The notes below the pieces were generated by a model, which worked only from the letters and a program-made list of their open reading frames with translations, had not been told where the DNA came from and ran no database searches. Shown here piece by piece: positions 1-12,080 of a stretch of DNA of 64,000 nt. How positions within the stretch are numbered: position 1 is the first letter of the stretch; every line of letters begins with the position of its first letter. The translations under genes were made by a program, and so were the position numbers. Source of the DNA: Saprolegnia diclina VS20 (Eukaryota); contig NW_008246080.1 of assembly GCF_000281045.1 (NCBI RefSeq), positions 257,844 to 321,843 of the forward strand, written 5' to 3'.

Positions 1-192
<192 letters not shown>

Positions 193-552
193 GAAGCAAC
201 CACCCATTCTGTAGTCTTGTCTTCTCTGGTTGCAGTTCAACGACAGCACTGTCCTCCTGATCGACGACATTCGAAGTAGAGTCGAGTAGCTTCTAGTCGA
301 GTAGGTTCGCATCGTCTTGTGGGCGACAGCCTTGTCGGCGTGACGAGGCGCGCGTTGGGAGGTCGGGTAACCCTACCCCCAATCAGATCTGATGTTCGTT
401 TTGAAATTGCATAAAAACGGTCGAAAGGGTTTTAGTACGTAAAAAGCGGTTTAACGCGTTTGAAGTGGATTAAACGTGTTTATGGAGACGTTTTTCGCAC
501 GTCAAAGAAGCGACTGACGTGGCGTGGGCGAGTTTTGAAAATCTTGCCGACG

Positions 553-1428
553 ATGGAAGCTGCGCTGCAGACGATCGCGGCGATCGAGGCTGCTGCCAAG
601 GACGGCCATGGCGGCCTCGCGCTCTTCATCATTGACCCGCAGGTGGACTTCCACCCGGGTGGCTCGCTGGCGATCCCGACGGCCAACGACGACGCCGAGC
701 GCACCGCGGTCTTTATCCGCAAGCACATGGGTGCGATCACGCAGCTCGTCATTACGCTCGACTCGCACCAGCGCCTCCACATCGCCCATGGCGTCTTCTG
801 GAAGGATCTGGACGGCGTGTCGCCGGCGCCGTTCACGCTCATCACGTCTGCGGACGTCGCCAGTGGCAAGTGGTCGCCGCGGGCGCCCGAACTGCAGGCG
901 TATGCGTACGAGTACACAAAGGCGCTCGAGGCCGGCGGCCGCTTCACGCTCTGCATTTGGCCCGAGCACTGCATCATTGGCACGAAGGGCCAGGCGATCG
1001 TCGATGTCGTGCACGACGCGGCGCTTGAGTGGTCCCGCGTGAGCCGCCGCCCGATCACGTATGTGCAAAAAGGCAGCAACTGCTACACTGAGCACTACTC
1101 GGCGCTGCGTGCGGACGTCGAGCTGCCGCACGACCCCGAGACGTCGCTCAACGTCGGTCTCATTGACGCGCTCAAGACCGCGGGCGTCGTCGCCGTGTGC
1201 GGCCAAGCGCTCTCGCACTGCGTCAACTTTACAGTGCGCGACCTAGTGCAGCACTGGCCGGCGGGCCGCGCGAGCGACATTGCGATCTTGACCGACTGCA
1301 CGTCGCCCGTCGCGGGCTTTGAGTCGAGCGGCGCCGACTTTATCGCCGACATGAGCAAGCTTGGCGTGCGCTTCCTCGACTCGACCAGCGACGCGCTCCT
1401 TCTACGCTCGCCCCGCAAGAAGGTCTAA
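553..1428 (+). CDS. Nicotinamidase/isochorismatase-family cysteine hydrolase
   Basis: Intronless ORF from ATG 553. It has IIDPQVDF (catalytic Asp), TLDSH..H and WPEHC (metal ligands), QKG (Lys) and GQALSHCV (catalytic Cys). Confidence 0.88.
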   Translation: MEAALQTIAAIEAAAKDGHGGLALFIIDPQVDFHPGGSLAIPTANDDAERTAVFIRKHMGAITQLVITLDSHQRLHIAHGVFWKDLDGVSPAPFTLITSADVASGKWSPRAPELQAYAYEYTKALEAGGRFTLCIWPEHCIIGTKGQAIVDVVHDAALEWSRVSRRPITYVQKGSNCYTEHYSALRADVELPHDPETSLNVGLIDALKTAGVVAVCGQALSHCVNFTVRDLVQHWPAGRASDIAILTDCTSPVAGFESSGADFIADMSKLGVRFLDSTSDALLLRSPRKKV

Positions 1429-1483
1429 GTCACGCGTTGCAAGCTGCGATTTCAATACATGCGCGTTCATTCGTCCTTGGTTC

Positions 1484-2709
1484 TTATGGCAAAAGGCGCG
1501 GCGCAGGCAGCTGGCGCGCCACCAGCACCCAGTCGTGCAAATGCATTTCGAGCAACCGCACGAGCACCGTGTTGGGGTCGTGGTGGCCGCGGACAGTCTC
1601 GAGCGTCCCGACAGCATCCTTCTTGAGGACGTAGTAGAAGAGCTTGCGGAAGAGTCCCCGGTCGGGCTGCTGGAAGAGCTTGACGCGGGCCTTGACGGCG
1701 TCGAGGGCCGTGGCCAGCGTCGCTCGCGACGCCGACGGGTGGCGTCGCTGGAGGTAAAGGATCTCGGCCTCCGACGCACGGTGCAAAACGCCAACAAGCT
1801 CGTCCTGCGGCCCATTCCACGGGATCGGCGCGGCCAACGCAGCGACGTTGGTGAGCGATGTCACGTGCGGTAGGCACGTCATCGACGACTGCAGTGCTTG
1901 CCACACCTCGTCGTGGCGGTCGAATAAGAGCTCGATGGGCACGCAGGGAAGCGACGTCGGCAGTGTTGGCGGGACGCCACGCTGCGTGTCTTCGGTGCGG
2001 TTGAGGAACCGTAGCAGGTTCACGCGCGCAGCGAACCCGTTGTAGTGCTGCACGATTGCCCGCAGTGCCTAGCCCAAAAATCCTAAAATGAAAATGAAAC
2101 TAGGATTGCATACGACAATTGGCGAGGCAGCGCTATTGAGCGCGGCCGTCATGGCCTCGCAGAAGGCCGCTGCGTGGCGCCGTACAGCGCGGGGTCTAGA
2201 CACCGTTCCTTGTGTGAGCTATTGCCATGTCGTAGGACAATACGTCGAGGGCGTCAGGTACGGCTGCATGTGCGCGCTGGGCTCCATCACGATACGCGAG
2301 GACGGGGAGGGTGCGGCTGCGAGGTACGCATGCACGGGCGTGAGCGCCGCCTAGAGCAGACTAGCGCCACGGACGACGAAAGGTGGAGCGTCCTACCTGA
2401 ATGGAGATGTGCAAGCGATGTTCGCTTGACGCAGTTGTAAGCGCGACGACGGCGTCAAACATGGGCAGCATCGCTGCCCAGTCGTCGCTCTCGCGGGCGG
2501 CTTCGCGCAGCGCCGCAAACGCGAGCGCGTCCGCGTCGGCCTTGGCGACATCGGCGCCAAGCGCTTCCAGCGCCGCCATGACACCTGTCGACGTAGCATA
2601 CATCAGCATGTCGTCTTACGAAGAACATACCTTCCGCCGCGCCCACGTGGTTGATCTGGGCGAGGACGACGAGGGCCGCTTGGAGCGTCGCCTGCGCCTC
2701 GTCCTGCAT
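1484..2709 (-). CDS. Hypothetical protein, multi-exon
   Basis: Coding-like segments (MQDEAQATLQ.., GVMAALEALG.., ..LLRFLNRTED..LLP*) are joined by short GT-AG introns, e.g. ~2584-2630. No domain was recognised. Confidence 0.6.
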
Positions 2710-3545
2710 GGTGGCTTCGGCAACAAGTGACGCACGAGAAGGGGATCGGCCAGTCATCGATCTGCACCACCAAAATGCTACGTACAAAGAAGAACGTACG
2801 TCGGGCAATAGACAAGTGGTGCCTACGCAAGCGATCGTCGTCTCATATGAACGCGAGCAACCAGCCCAAAAGCCCAGAAGCCAGAAGCCCAGAAGCCCAG
2901 AAGCTATCTCCGGAGACGGGGTCCGTGGAGTCCTGTGGTGAAAACGAGGTGTGTGGTGCAACGCAGAGGGTCCAGGCTGTCATCAGTACCAATACCAGTG
3001 GGCCTTTGCGCCGCGATCGCATCAACATGGCTAAGCGGTCCAGTCGATTTCGGCTTGGATGCGGTCGAGAGGAACTCCCTGAGCGCGAAACGTGGGTGTT
3101 GGATCCTGCCAAGTCACGTCAAGCTGACGCTGGTGTCATAGAGCAGGTATTGCTGCAAAAGGGTTGAGTGTGGAAGCGGCTGTCAAGCGCAGAGAAGCAG
3201 GTTCGTGTCGGTGGCCGAGTAAGGAGAACGTCCGATAGAAAAATAGCTCCCACCAGCCCACCGCGCTCGGGATCTGTGCTCCTCTCGAGGCCGCGCCTCC
3301 ACGGACAACAACTGCATCCATCCTACAGGCATTGTTGCGAGTTCATTGAGTGGCAAGCAGGTTGAAGCGGCGTCGTTGCGCGCCGAAAGTGGCCAATCAC
3401 AGCGCGAGATGAGCTGGCCAATCCACGCGCGATCGGGCATCTTTTTGGACGAATTACTACCAATGCGAGCTTATCGTTTGATAATAGTATCCGGCATTCT
3501 ATCCGGATGCCGGGCACTAGCCAACAACGGCCCATCAATAGTGGC

Positions 3546-5540
3546 ATGGCGGTGTACTACTCGATCGCAGTCGCCCGCGCGGGCGAGATCGTGAGCCGCA
3601 GCCTGGTCAAGGCCGAGACGGACACGACGCTTCGGTCTCTCTTTGGCATGTACGAGGGCGGGAAGCACGCGATCGGCTTCATGGACCCGGCGGTCAAGGC
3701 GGGGACGCGCACGGCGGTCTTTGAGCAGCACGACGCGACGATGGACCTTGTGGACCTCGACATGCCGATTCGCCTCGTTCGGGAGATCTGCGGCGACGTG
3801 ACCAAGTTCCTCTTCCAGGCGGCGCCTGCCATCGTCCCTGCCCCAGCGCTATTGCCGCCGCCATCCGCGCCTGTCGTTGCCGCCACACCGCAGCCAGTTC
3901 CTACTGCGCCCAAGCCCAAGCCCGTCGCGGCTACGCGAGGCCGCAAGCCGCGCAAAGCCGTGGTCGTCGACTCGTTTCTGCGCGCGAGCGATTTGAATCG
4001 GATTGGTGACGTGACTGCCAAGGCGCCGACCAAGCAGCCAGCGTCGCGATACCGTGCGCCAGCTCCACGCATCGCCGAGGGGCGCACAGCATGCACGACC
4101 GCCGTCCTTCCAGATGCGTCGACCTCGGCGTTGGCACGTGCGACCGTCGTCCACCAGAAGCATGCGATGACGCCCCTCAACAAGAACGCGCTGGGTCGTA
4201 TTCTCGAAGCCGTCAAGGCCAACAAACCATCGAGTCGTGCTGTGTCACCGCCCAAAGCCCCGCGCACGCGTCCCCACTACTTCAACGTCGCCCCTCCTTA
4301 CGACGAGGACGACGACAATGACGACAATGACAGTGACGCTAGTGTCGCCGACGACGACGACGACGACGATGCGATTGAAGTCGTCCAGGCTCCGGTTACC
4401 AAGCGCGCGTCCCGTCGTCTTGCGCCGTCAAGCCTCGCGTCCGCCGAGCCGCCTCGGCGCGAGCTCCGCATTCCGCAAGTGGTCATGACGTCCATGCCCC
4501 GGTCCCGCACGCAGCGGCTGCCCGCGCGCCGCGCTGCGCTGCGCAAATCAACCTCAGCACTGACCGAGATGGTCTTGTCGGCAGACGGCGCCGTCGTCAC
4601 GGGTAATGTTCTGGGGCGGTCGTCGGACGTCGACGCGTCACCTCGCCGGCCGCCGCCACGACGGCCCACGCGGCGGACGAGCGCGTCGCAAAGCCCCGAG
4701 AAGGTGCTGCCGCTGCGCACGTCGACCCGCAACAAGTCGATCGTTGAGATCTCGAGCGACGACGAAGCGTGTTCTGTCCCGTCACCGTCCTCGACTACGC
4801 GTCTGAGTCTGAGCACAGGAACCCCGACCAAGCGCCCCGACACAGATATGACCACTGCATCGCCCGCGTCACACAGGGAAGCGGCAACGCCGACGAAGCA
4901 GCCCAGTCCGCTTCAACCACAGACGCCGCCGCCAGTCGACGTTGCAGAAGCCAATGCGACGCCAACCCTGCCGGATGTCCCTGATGTCACCACGGCTAAA
5001 GCTGGTCCCACGGGCACGCCAGAGATGGCGCGGAAGAAGCGGCTCTTGTCGCTGGACGACACGGTCGAAGAGCATGTACACGATGTGTCGCCGCCTGCCA
5101 AGCGCCGGCTCTCTTCCTTTGGTGACGTTCCGTCGTCACCTGCCACGCGCCACGTCTCGTCGTCGAATGACGCCGAGTCGTCATCCAATACGGCGGACGA
5201 AAATACAATGACCGAGCCGCGGTCCGTGATTGAAGACGAGCTGGCGACGCTGCTGCACGAAGCGTCGGCCGTCGAGCTCGTGCAGCTCCGCGAAGCCAAC
5301 CCGAACGACCAGGCCAACTTTCTCGGCGAAGAGCTCAACGAAGTCAAGCGCCACGTGCAGCTGCAAAAGACTTCAGCGGGTCTCTATCAAGTTGCGTTCA
5401 CGAAGGCAAGTCACGCCGACATTGCGCCGCACGAGAACCCAAACGTGGTGTTGACCAACCTCTTTATGAGCCACGACGACGACTGGTCCCGCGTCGCGAC
5501 CCTCGTGAGTCTCGGGCGCGTCCTGCGCGCCGCCCCGTAG
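3546..5540 (+). CDS. Hypothetical protein, largely Pro/Ser/Thr/Arg-rich and disordered, with globular-looking ends
   Basis: Long uninterrupted ORF from ATG 3546 with an acidic tract and NLS-like RKKR and PAKRR motifs. Confidence 0.75.
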   Translation: MAVYYSIAVARAGEIVSRSLVKAETDTTLRSLFGMYEGGKHAIGFMDPAVKAGTRTAVFEQHDATMDLVDLDMPIRLVREICGDVTKFLFQAAPAIVPAPALLPPPSAPVVAATPQPVPTAPKPKPVAATRGRKPRKAVVVDSFLRASDLNRIGDVTAKAPTKQPASRYRAPAPRIAEGRTACTTAVLPDASTSALARATVVHQKHAMTPLNKNALGRILEAVKANKPSSRAVSPPKAPRTRPHYFNVAPPYDEDDDNDDNDSDASVADDDDDDDAIEVVQAPVTKRASRRLAPSSLASAEPPRRELRIPQVVMTSMPRSRTQRLPARRAALRKSTSALTEMVLSADGAVVTGNVLGRSSDVDASPRRPPPRRPTRRTSASQSPEKVLPLRTSTRNKSIVEISSDDEACSVPSPSSTTRLSLSTGTPTKRPDTDMTTASPASHREAATPTKQPSPLQPQTPPPVDVAEANATPTLPDVPDVTTAKAGPTGTPEMARKKRLLSLDDTVEEHVHDVSPPAKRRLSSFGDVPSSPATRHVSSSNDAESSSNTADENTMTEPRSVIEDELATLLHEASAVELVQLREANPNDQANFLGEELNEVKRHVQLQKTSAGLYQVAFTKASHADIAPHENPNVVLTNLFMSHDDDWSRVATLVSLGRVLRAAP

Positions 5541-5928
5541 GAACTTGTTGTATTATCCAAAGGGATCGGTATCGATTATCTAATACTTGCTTTGAATTGT
5601 TGTTGCTACCGTGGATAGCTCGGTGATCCAGTCGGCTTGGTATGGCACTTGACATATTGTATTGTATCATGTTCAACCCCAACTTTCGGGCTTGATGCAC
5701 TCGTCGGAGCGTCTTGTTGGCGGCGTTAGAGTTGCCTAAGCTCTTATGCTCTTCTGATCCAAGAAAGGTCCATGGAGTACTACTTACTCCACCTCGGTGG
5801 AAGGAACGAGGAATGCACGCTTGATGATGGCGCAGCTCATGGCTACGATGGGACTCGAAGCGTCCGGTGCAGACAATGTGTCCACAGTAGGCAAGACACG
5901 ATGTGATAGACCAACGATATATGAGTTC

Positions 5929-6798
5929 TTAGTGCAGCCACTGGTTGTCGTCGTCGTCGTCGTCCTCGGTGAGCCCATACTTGCCGAGAATCGCGTCGAT
6001 GGTCTTGTCTTGCTGCGTCGTCGAGAGCGCGCGGCGCGTGCGCACGTACGTTTTCGTCCACTTGCGCTTCCGACAGAGCGCCGTCGGGTGCCCCTTGGCG
6101 CTCTTGTACCATGGCCCGTCCCAGGACGCGGCGTAGAGCCAGCCGTCGGGACAGAGGTCGTCGTCGCAGTATTCGTTATTGCTTTGCTGGCGCGGCTCGT
6201 GGAGCGCAATGACCCACCCCACGGGCGACGTGAACGCGGCCGGAATCACGTGCTCGACGGTCGTTTCCATCTTGGAGTGGCCCCAGCCCGAGATCGGCCG
6301 CCACTTTTGCGTCTCGACCATCTCGTCGACGATCTCGGCCTGGAGCGACGGGTCGGTGTAGGGCTCGAGCACCTGGACCGTGACGAGGAGGACGCTGTGC
6401 ACCTTCTGGCTGCTAAATTCGTCAGGCACGTCGAGCGGCCACTCGAGAGACCGCATGGTCTTGTCCATCTCAAACTGGGCCAAGGCGAGGACGGTCGAGC
6501 CAATGAGGTCGTCGGCGTTGAAGAGGTCGTGGTCGTACACCTCGACGACGAGCGCGCTGGCGTACATGGCGTCTTGCGTGAGCACAAACTCAAAGACCTC
6601 GGCGCCCCAGACCGGGTTGAGCGTCGACGCAATGCAGCTGCTCGTGAAGCGCTGGTCGCCAATGCGGAGGACCACATATGGGTCGCTCTTGCCGCGCGAG
6701 ATGCCGCCAAAGGTGTAGTCGGCGGCCGCAAGGTCTCTCGCCGCATGCAGCGTCAGGCGCAGGCGGCGGTCGGTCGGCGCAGCGTCCGTCGTCGTCAT
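5929..6798 (-). CDS. C2-domain protein with a C-terminal dysferlin (DysF)-like domain
   Basis: C2 motifs AARDL, KSDPYV, TLNPVW and VYDHDLFNADDLIG are present. DysF-like DGWLYA..W and RKRKW motifs follow. Confidence 0.85.
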   Translation of the reverse strand: MTTTDAAPTDRRLRLTLHAARDLAAADYTFGGISRGKSDPYVVLRIGDQRFTSSCIASTLNPVWGAEVFEFVLTQDAMYASALVVEVYDHDLFNADDLIGSTVLALAQFEMDKTMRSLEWPLDVPDEFSSQKVHSVLLVTVQVLEPYTDPSLQAEIVDEMVETQKWRPISGWGHSKMETTVEHVIPAAFTSPVGWVIALHEPRQQSNNEYCDDDLCPDGWLYAASWDGPWYKSAKGHPTALCRKRKWTKTYVRTRRALSTTQQDKTIDAILGKYGLTEDDDDDDNQWLH

Positions 6799-7632
6799 CT
6801 CGTCGATGGCAGGTGGCAGGCGCTTCGAAAGTCGCAGCCGCGGGGTAGAGTGTCATTCGATATGCAATTGTGTTTATCCATAATGTCTCAATATTATCAA
6901 GTCGCGAATATCAGGATCTGTGCAATCAACAAACACGAATCGATCCCAGATCGCGCGATACTATCACTGCCAGCGAAATGACACCACTGCAGACTGCTCT
7001 TTGAGCTGAAAGCAGATACAAGGTCCACTATGTGGCGAGAGCGATCGCACCTTGGATCAACGTGGGTCACTTTATGAGACGAAATTGAGATATTTACTCA
7101 ATACGAGACGGTTGTGGTATATCACTTTGATACAATTGGCAAGAGGTTCCGTGACAAGCATAAATTCGCAGCTCGGCGGCGATATCGAGAACCGACAGGG
7201 TTGTCGAGTAGCTTTGCAGCGGCTCCATTCTGTAGCTGGTTGAGCTACCTGGTTGATTACCTCAGCTATCCCTAATGCCTAGAAACGGTTGATGGGCCCT
7301 TGATTTTGCTAGTCGCTGTTGCTCATTCTTCACCGCGACCAAGACGGCCATGGGCCCTGCAACGCTGTATATTTTCGAGCTCGGCACACCTGTTCAAGGC
7401 GTCTGGCTGATACATGAGATGCGTCCTGATGTAGTTAGTCGATTCGCACATGGCCGCCGAGTTAGTCGACTGAGGATCTCACGCGGCCGTTGCGCATTCG
7501 AACACTACGTGGCGACATCTCCTGTCGTCCGCTAAAAATACTGATTGGCCAATTCGTCGAAAAGCATGGTCTTTTTAGCCAATAAGAGCGCATCGCGCTG
7601 TCGCTCGATCTTCAGCAGTCTTAATATAGCGG

Positions 7633-10600
7633 ATGTCGAGGTTCCTGCGGGCAGCGACGCATGCTGGCAAGACGGGCGTCGGCTTCCACGTGCAGGTCAC
7701 GCTGCACCGCCTGACGACCGCGGACCCGGAGCTCAAGGAGGCCGAGGGCATCTACGCGGTCGCGACCCGCGGCCAGCACAAGGTCAAGAGCGCCAACGCC
7801 AAGGTCGGCGCCTTCCGTAGCGACACGGCGAGTCGCCATGCGTCCTGGACCGACGAGGTCATGAGCCTGCACGCGACCATGTACCGCAGTGGCAAGGCGT
7901 CCGGGTACCAGTCCAAGCTCATGACCATCGAGTTGGTCAAGGCCAAAGGCGACGGCCACCTCGCGACGTTCGAGCTCGACCTCGCCACGTACATCTCGGA
8001 TAAGAACGGCAGCACGAATGCATGCGATGCGACGCTGCAGGCCAAGAAGAGCTGGGGCAATGCAACACTCATGGTACGAGGTCGTGCTCACGAAGTGGGG
8101 AATGCAGTGGCTCTTGTAGGTCACGATCACGAGCAACCTCGATACTGAGAGGTATTCCGTCCCATTCTGCTGTACGCAAAGGCTGAGTCGAGATGCTCTG
8201 TAGGCCCGTGACCGCCTCGACTACATCGTCCGCGCTTCATGTAGTATCGTAATGTCGCCGTACGCAGCGAATTCACGGCTGCTGCATGTAGCATGACCAC
8301 GAGACGTCCGAGTGCGAAGACAGCCAGGTGTCGCCCGAGAAGCGGCGCTCGTCCACGTCGGCGTCGTCATCACCCGACCGGCGGTTGCCATCAACGTCGT
8401 CGCACATCATCACGACGATCCCGGAAGCGACGACAACAGCGAGCAATGAGGTGCATCGCAAGCCATTTCCAGGGCCTTACATCGGCATGTAGGAGGCCAA
8501 TGCGGTCAACTTTGCGACGCAGATCATCAAGTACGACCGTACGACCAAGGAGCTGCAAGCGAAAATCGAGTCGCTCTCGCAGCAGCTGTCGGCCGCCAAG
8601 GAGCAGTACAAGGTGTCGATTCAAGACGTATGTTGCTTCCTTGTGTGTATGTTCGAAGCGATCGCATCTGACTAGGTCCTCGAGTGGAAGACAAAGCACA
8701 GCCAGCTAGAGTCGTCACAGTCAACCCTCCATGACGAGCTACAGAGTTTACGTGAGAAGAAGGGAAAAGCCGAGAAGGAGGTCGTCTTGCGCCGTACCGA
8801 GCTGCAAAACACGCTCGAGTCGAGCTCCCGCGTCAACGTCGTGCAGCTTGAGCGCATTCGCCACCTCACGAGCGTCAACGAAGACTTGAAGGCCAAGGTA
8901 CACGAGCTCCAGACTGCGAACGACGCCGCGCAGGCCCAACTCCGGGCGTTGCAAGCCGAGGCCAGCCCGCCACAAGAGCGCTCGTTGGCGTCGTGGACCG
9001 ACGGCCAGAACCGCGAAACAACGGTGTTAGCTGCGCAGTACCAGACGGCGCCAGCAGCGATCGCGAGCTCCCCCGACGTCATCGCCAACACGGTCGCTGA
9101 GCAGGTCGTGCGCCTCCAGAGCGAGAACCGGTCGCTGCACGAGTCGACCGCCTCACTCCAGCGCGACGTCGAGAATTTGGAAAACCAGGTGCGCACCAAG
9201 TGTCGGGTACTCCGTCTCACGGGGAGGAAGTAGCTCTTTGAACGCAGCTCGGAGCTGCAGCATGTGCTCGAGCTGCATGCCCATGCGACCGCAGCGTTGA
9301 CGCTCAAGACGACCGAAGTCGAACAGCTCCAAGAGGCGCTTCGTTGCGACGACACTGCGTCACGTCCGGACGGCGGCGACGACGCGCTTGTCGCGATGCT
9401 CCGGAGCAACATTGACGAGCTGCAAGACGAGGTCACAGCACTCCAGTTCAAAAACAAGAGCCTCCGCGAAGGCAAGTCCAAAGCCGAAGAAGAGGTACAT
9501 CTTCTCGACCTCTTGATGGGACTCTCAGTCACGTCGACAGCTGCTCAAGTGCGGTCGGCACGCCAGTACAACGTCCTCGACGAGCGCCGACGACGAGGTA
9601 GAAACGACGAGCGAGGCAAGCATGCAGTACATCGCACGGTGTAGGTGCAGCACAAGGACGCCCAGATCCTCGAGCTCTCGAGAGCTGCAGCAACGACGAC
9701 AGCGCGCCTCGCGGCGCTGGACGCCGAGCTCGCGGCGCTGCGAAAAGAGCTCGCTGCCGAGAAGGCCAAGCCGCCACAAGTCGTTCAAGTCCGCGATGTG
9801 CTCGGTGCGCACTTTCCGAGTACGATGCCACCCCAAGACATGGAGCGGGCGCGGGCGTCGTCGCAGCACACGGTGGCGTCCACCAACGTCGACGCCGACG
9901 TTGCGTACCTCAAGCAGCAAGTCCGGGAGCTCAAGGACGCCAAGACGTCGACCGACCACGAGGTTTGGTTGTTGCAACCAGGATCGCCTAGCAGGGATGC
10001 TTCTGTAGCTACTGGAGACGCGCCAAGAGCTGGCGAGCGCTCTCGAGCTCCACTCGCGTATGCAAGCCGACAGCCAGCGCCAGCTCGATGACCTCCGGCA
10101 CACCCTGGACGCGCTCGAGACTGAGAAAGCAACGACATCGGCCGAGGTGCGGCGGCTCACGACGCGGACCGCCCAACTCGAGGGCGAGATCGACACTTTG
10201 ACGGAAAGAGTATGCGTCTCTCGAAGCCCATCGATTCTGAGAGCTGACTAGGTGGCGTCGGACACCCAAGAGAAGCATGCGCTGGCCGCGTCGTTGGAAG
10301 CGCTTGCAAGCGTCAACGAAGAGGTGACGCATGCCAAGGTCCAGGAAGCGACAGCGCAGCTGGCCATGGCCATCTCTGGGCTGCACGCTGAGCTGCAAGT
10401 GCTCGCAGACGACAACGAACGGCTCCAAGCCGAGGTAGAGCGCATTATGACGGTGCACGTGCCACTGTATATGGGCTAGCTGCGCGTCGAGGTGCAGCGC
10501 AACAGCGTCGCGAATGAAGTGAACGCTCTCAAGACGCAGATCCTCGAGATGAAGCAAGAGACAAAGCATCTGCAATATGAAGTCCGCTTCGAAATCGTCA

Positions 10601-12064
10601 AAGGTGATAACAAGCATTATCCCTAGCTCTCGGAGAAGACGGCCGAACTCGAGCGCGTCGTGTCGGATGCTGACGCGTCTGCACTGCACGAGCGGACGCT
10701 CGAGTGCTCGGCGTTGACAGCACACGTAGGGTTCATGTGTACCTTCTGGTGCATTTACAGGCCGTGTGTAGGTGGCGACCCTCATGCAGCAGCTCGAGGC
10801 GTACCAGGCGGCCGGCCAAACGCAAGCGACACCGACCGCGGACCATGTGGCGAGTCTCGAAGCCGAGGTTGGTATTGCTGCTTACACACGGCGTGCAAAC
10901 GTGCATGTGTAGCTCTCGAGCTGCCAGGCCGAGCTGCAAGCGCTGCAAGAAAAGCATGTGAATGCACTCATGAAGGGCCGCGGATCCTCGTCCAACTCGG
11001 ACGACGATGATGACTCGGACGACGAGAACGATGATGGTGATACGACGGGCAGCCGGTCGTCGGTCGTGCAGGTCGACTCGAGCACCGACGTCACGGCCAC
11101 ACTCGAGAGAAGGTCCGCTTCTGCGAGCGCCGACGAGCTCGCCGAGGTGCGGCGCGAGGTATATATGACCACCCCGAAGCTCTTTTTTGTATCGGCGCCG
11201 CCCCTAGTTGGCGGTGTCCCGTCTTGAGATCCAAGAGCTGCAACAGGAGCTCGAGATGGCGCGTGCGTCCACGACGACGTCACCACAAGTCGCCGCCCTT
11301 GAAATGGAGCTGCAAGCAGCAAATGAAATGGTAGCCATGCGCTCGAGTCTCAGATCTGATGTGCTGAGGCACTAGCTGCTCGTCAAGGCGGACCGCATTG
11401 CCACACTCGAGGCGGCGGTCGCAGCCGCGGAAAAAGAAGCAGCTGAAGCCCAGGTACAAGGCAAACACCGGCCGTTGCGCGCGTCTCACTCGGTTGCAGG
11501 CAATCGATGGCGCGTCGCTTCGACGTCGGCTCGCCGAGTTGGAAGACGAGCTACAGACGACCAAAGCTTCGGTGCGGCGCCATACCGAGTCTCGTAAATG
11601 ATATTCAACCGACGATAGCTCGCGACGGCCCTCGATGCCGTGCACGACGGGGACTCGGACGACGACGACGACGAGACAAATGCGACGACGCACCTTGAAA
11701 CCGAGTTGACGACGGCCAAAACCACGGTACGACACTGCTGTCCAACTACATGTCATGTTGGATATGGTATGAGTAGCTGGCAACCGTGACCGCCGAGCTG
11801 GACGCCGCCAAAGCCACCAACGACGCGCTGGAAGCCAAGCTGCACCAGTCGTCAGTTGTCTCGGCCGACGAGTGGCACCAACTCAAGGCCGAGAACGAGT
11901 TTTACCAGACCGAGCTCATTGCGACCAAGCTCAAGCTCGCGCAGCTCCAAGAGACTGTCGACGATGTTTCGGCCGAGTTCAAAAAGACCGAGAAGGAGCT
12001 CGTGCTACTCAAGATCCAAGGCGCAGAGGCCGCGCTCAAGACGGCCAAAGGCAAGAAAAAATAA
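7633..12064 (+). CDS. NT-C2 (EEIG1/EHBP1-type) domain plus long coiled-coil protein, many exons
   Basis: The N-terminal FHVQVTLHRL..ATRG..ASW....LHATMYR..FELDLA fits an NT-C2 domain. Downstream heptad-rich exons are separated by ~45-50 nt introns. The protein ends KTAKGKKK* at 12064. Confidence 0.7.
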
Positions 12065-12080
12065 GACCCCGAATAAGATC

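Noticed and set aside
2864..2903. CCAGAAG repeats upstream of the hypothetical gene
   Set aside because: This is a short simple repeat that was not noticed at other promoters.
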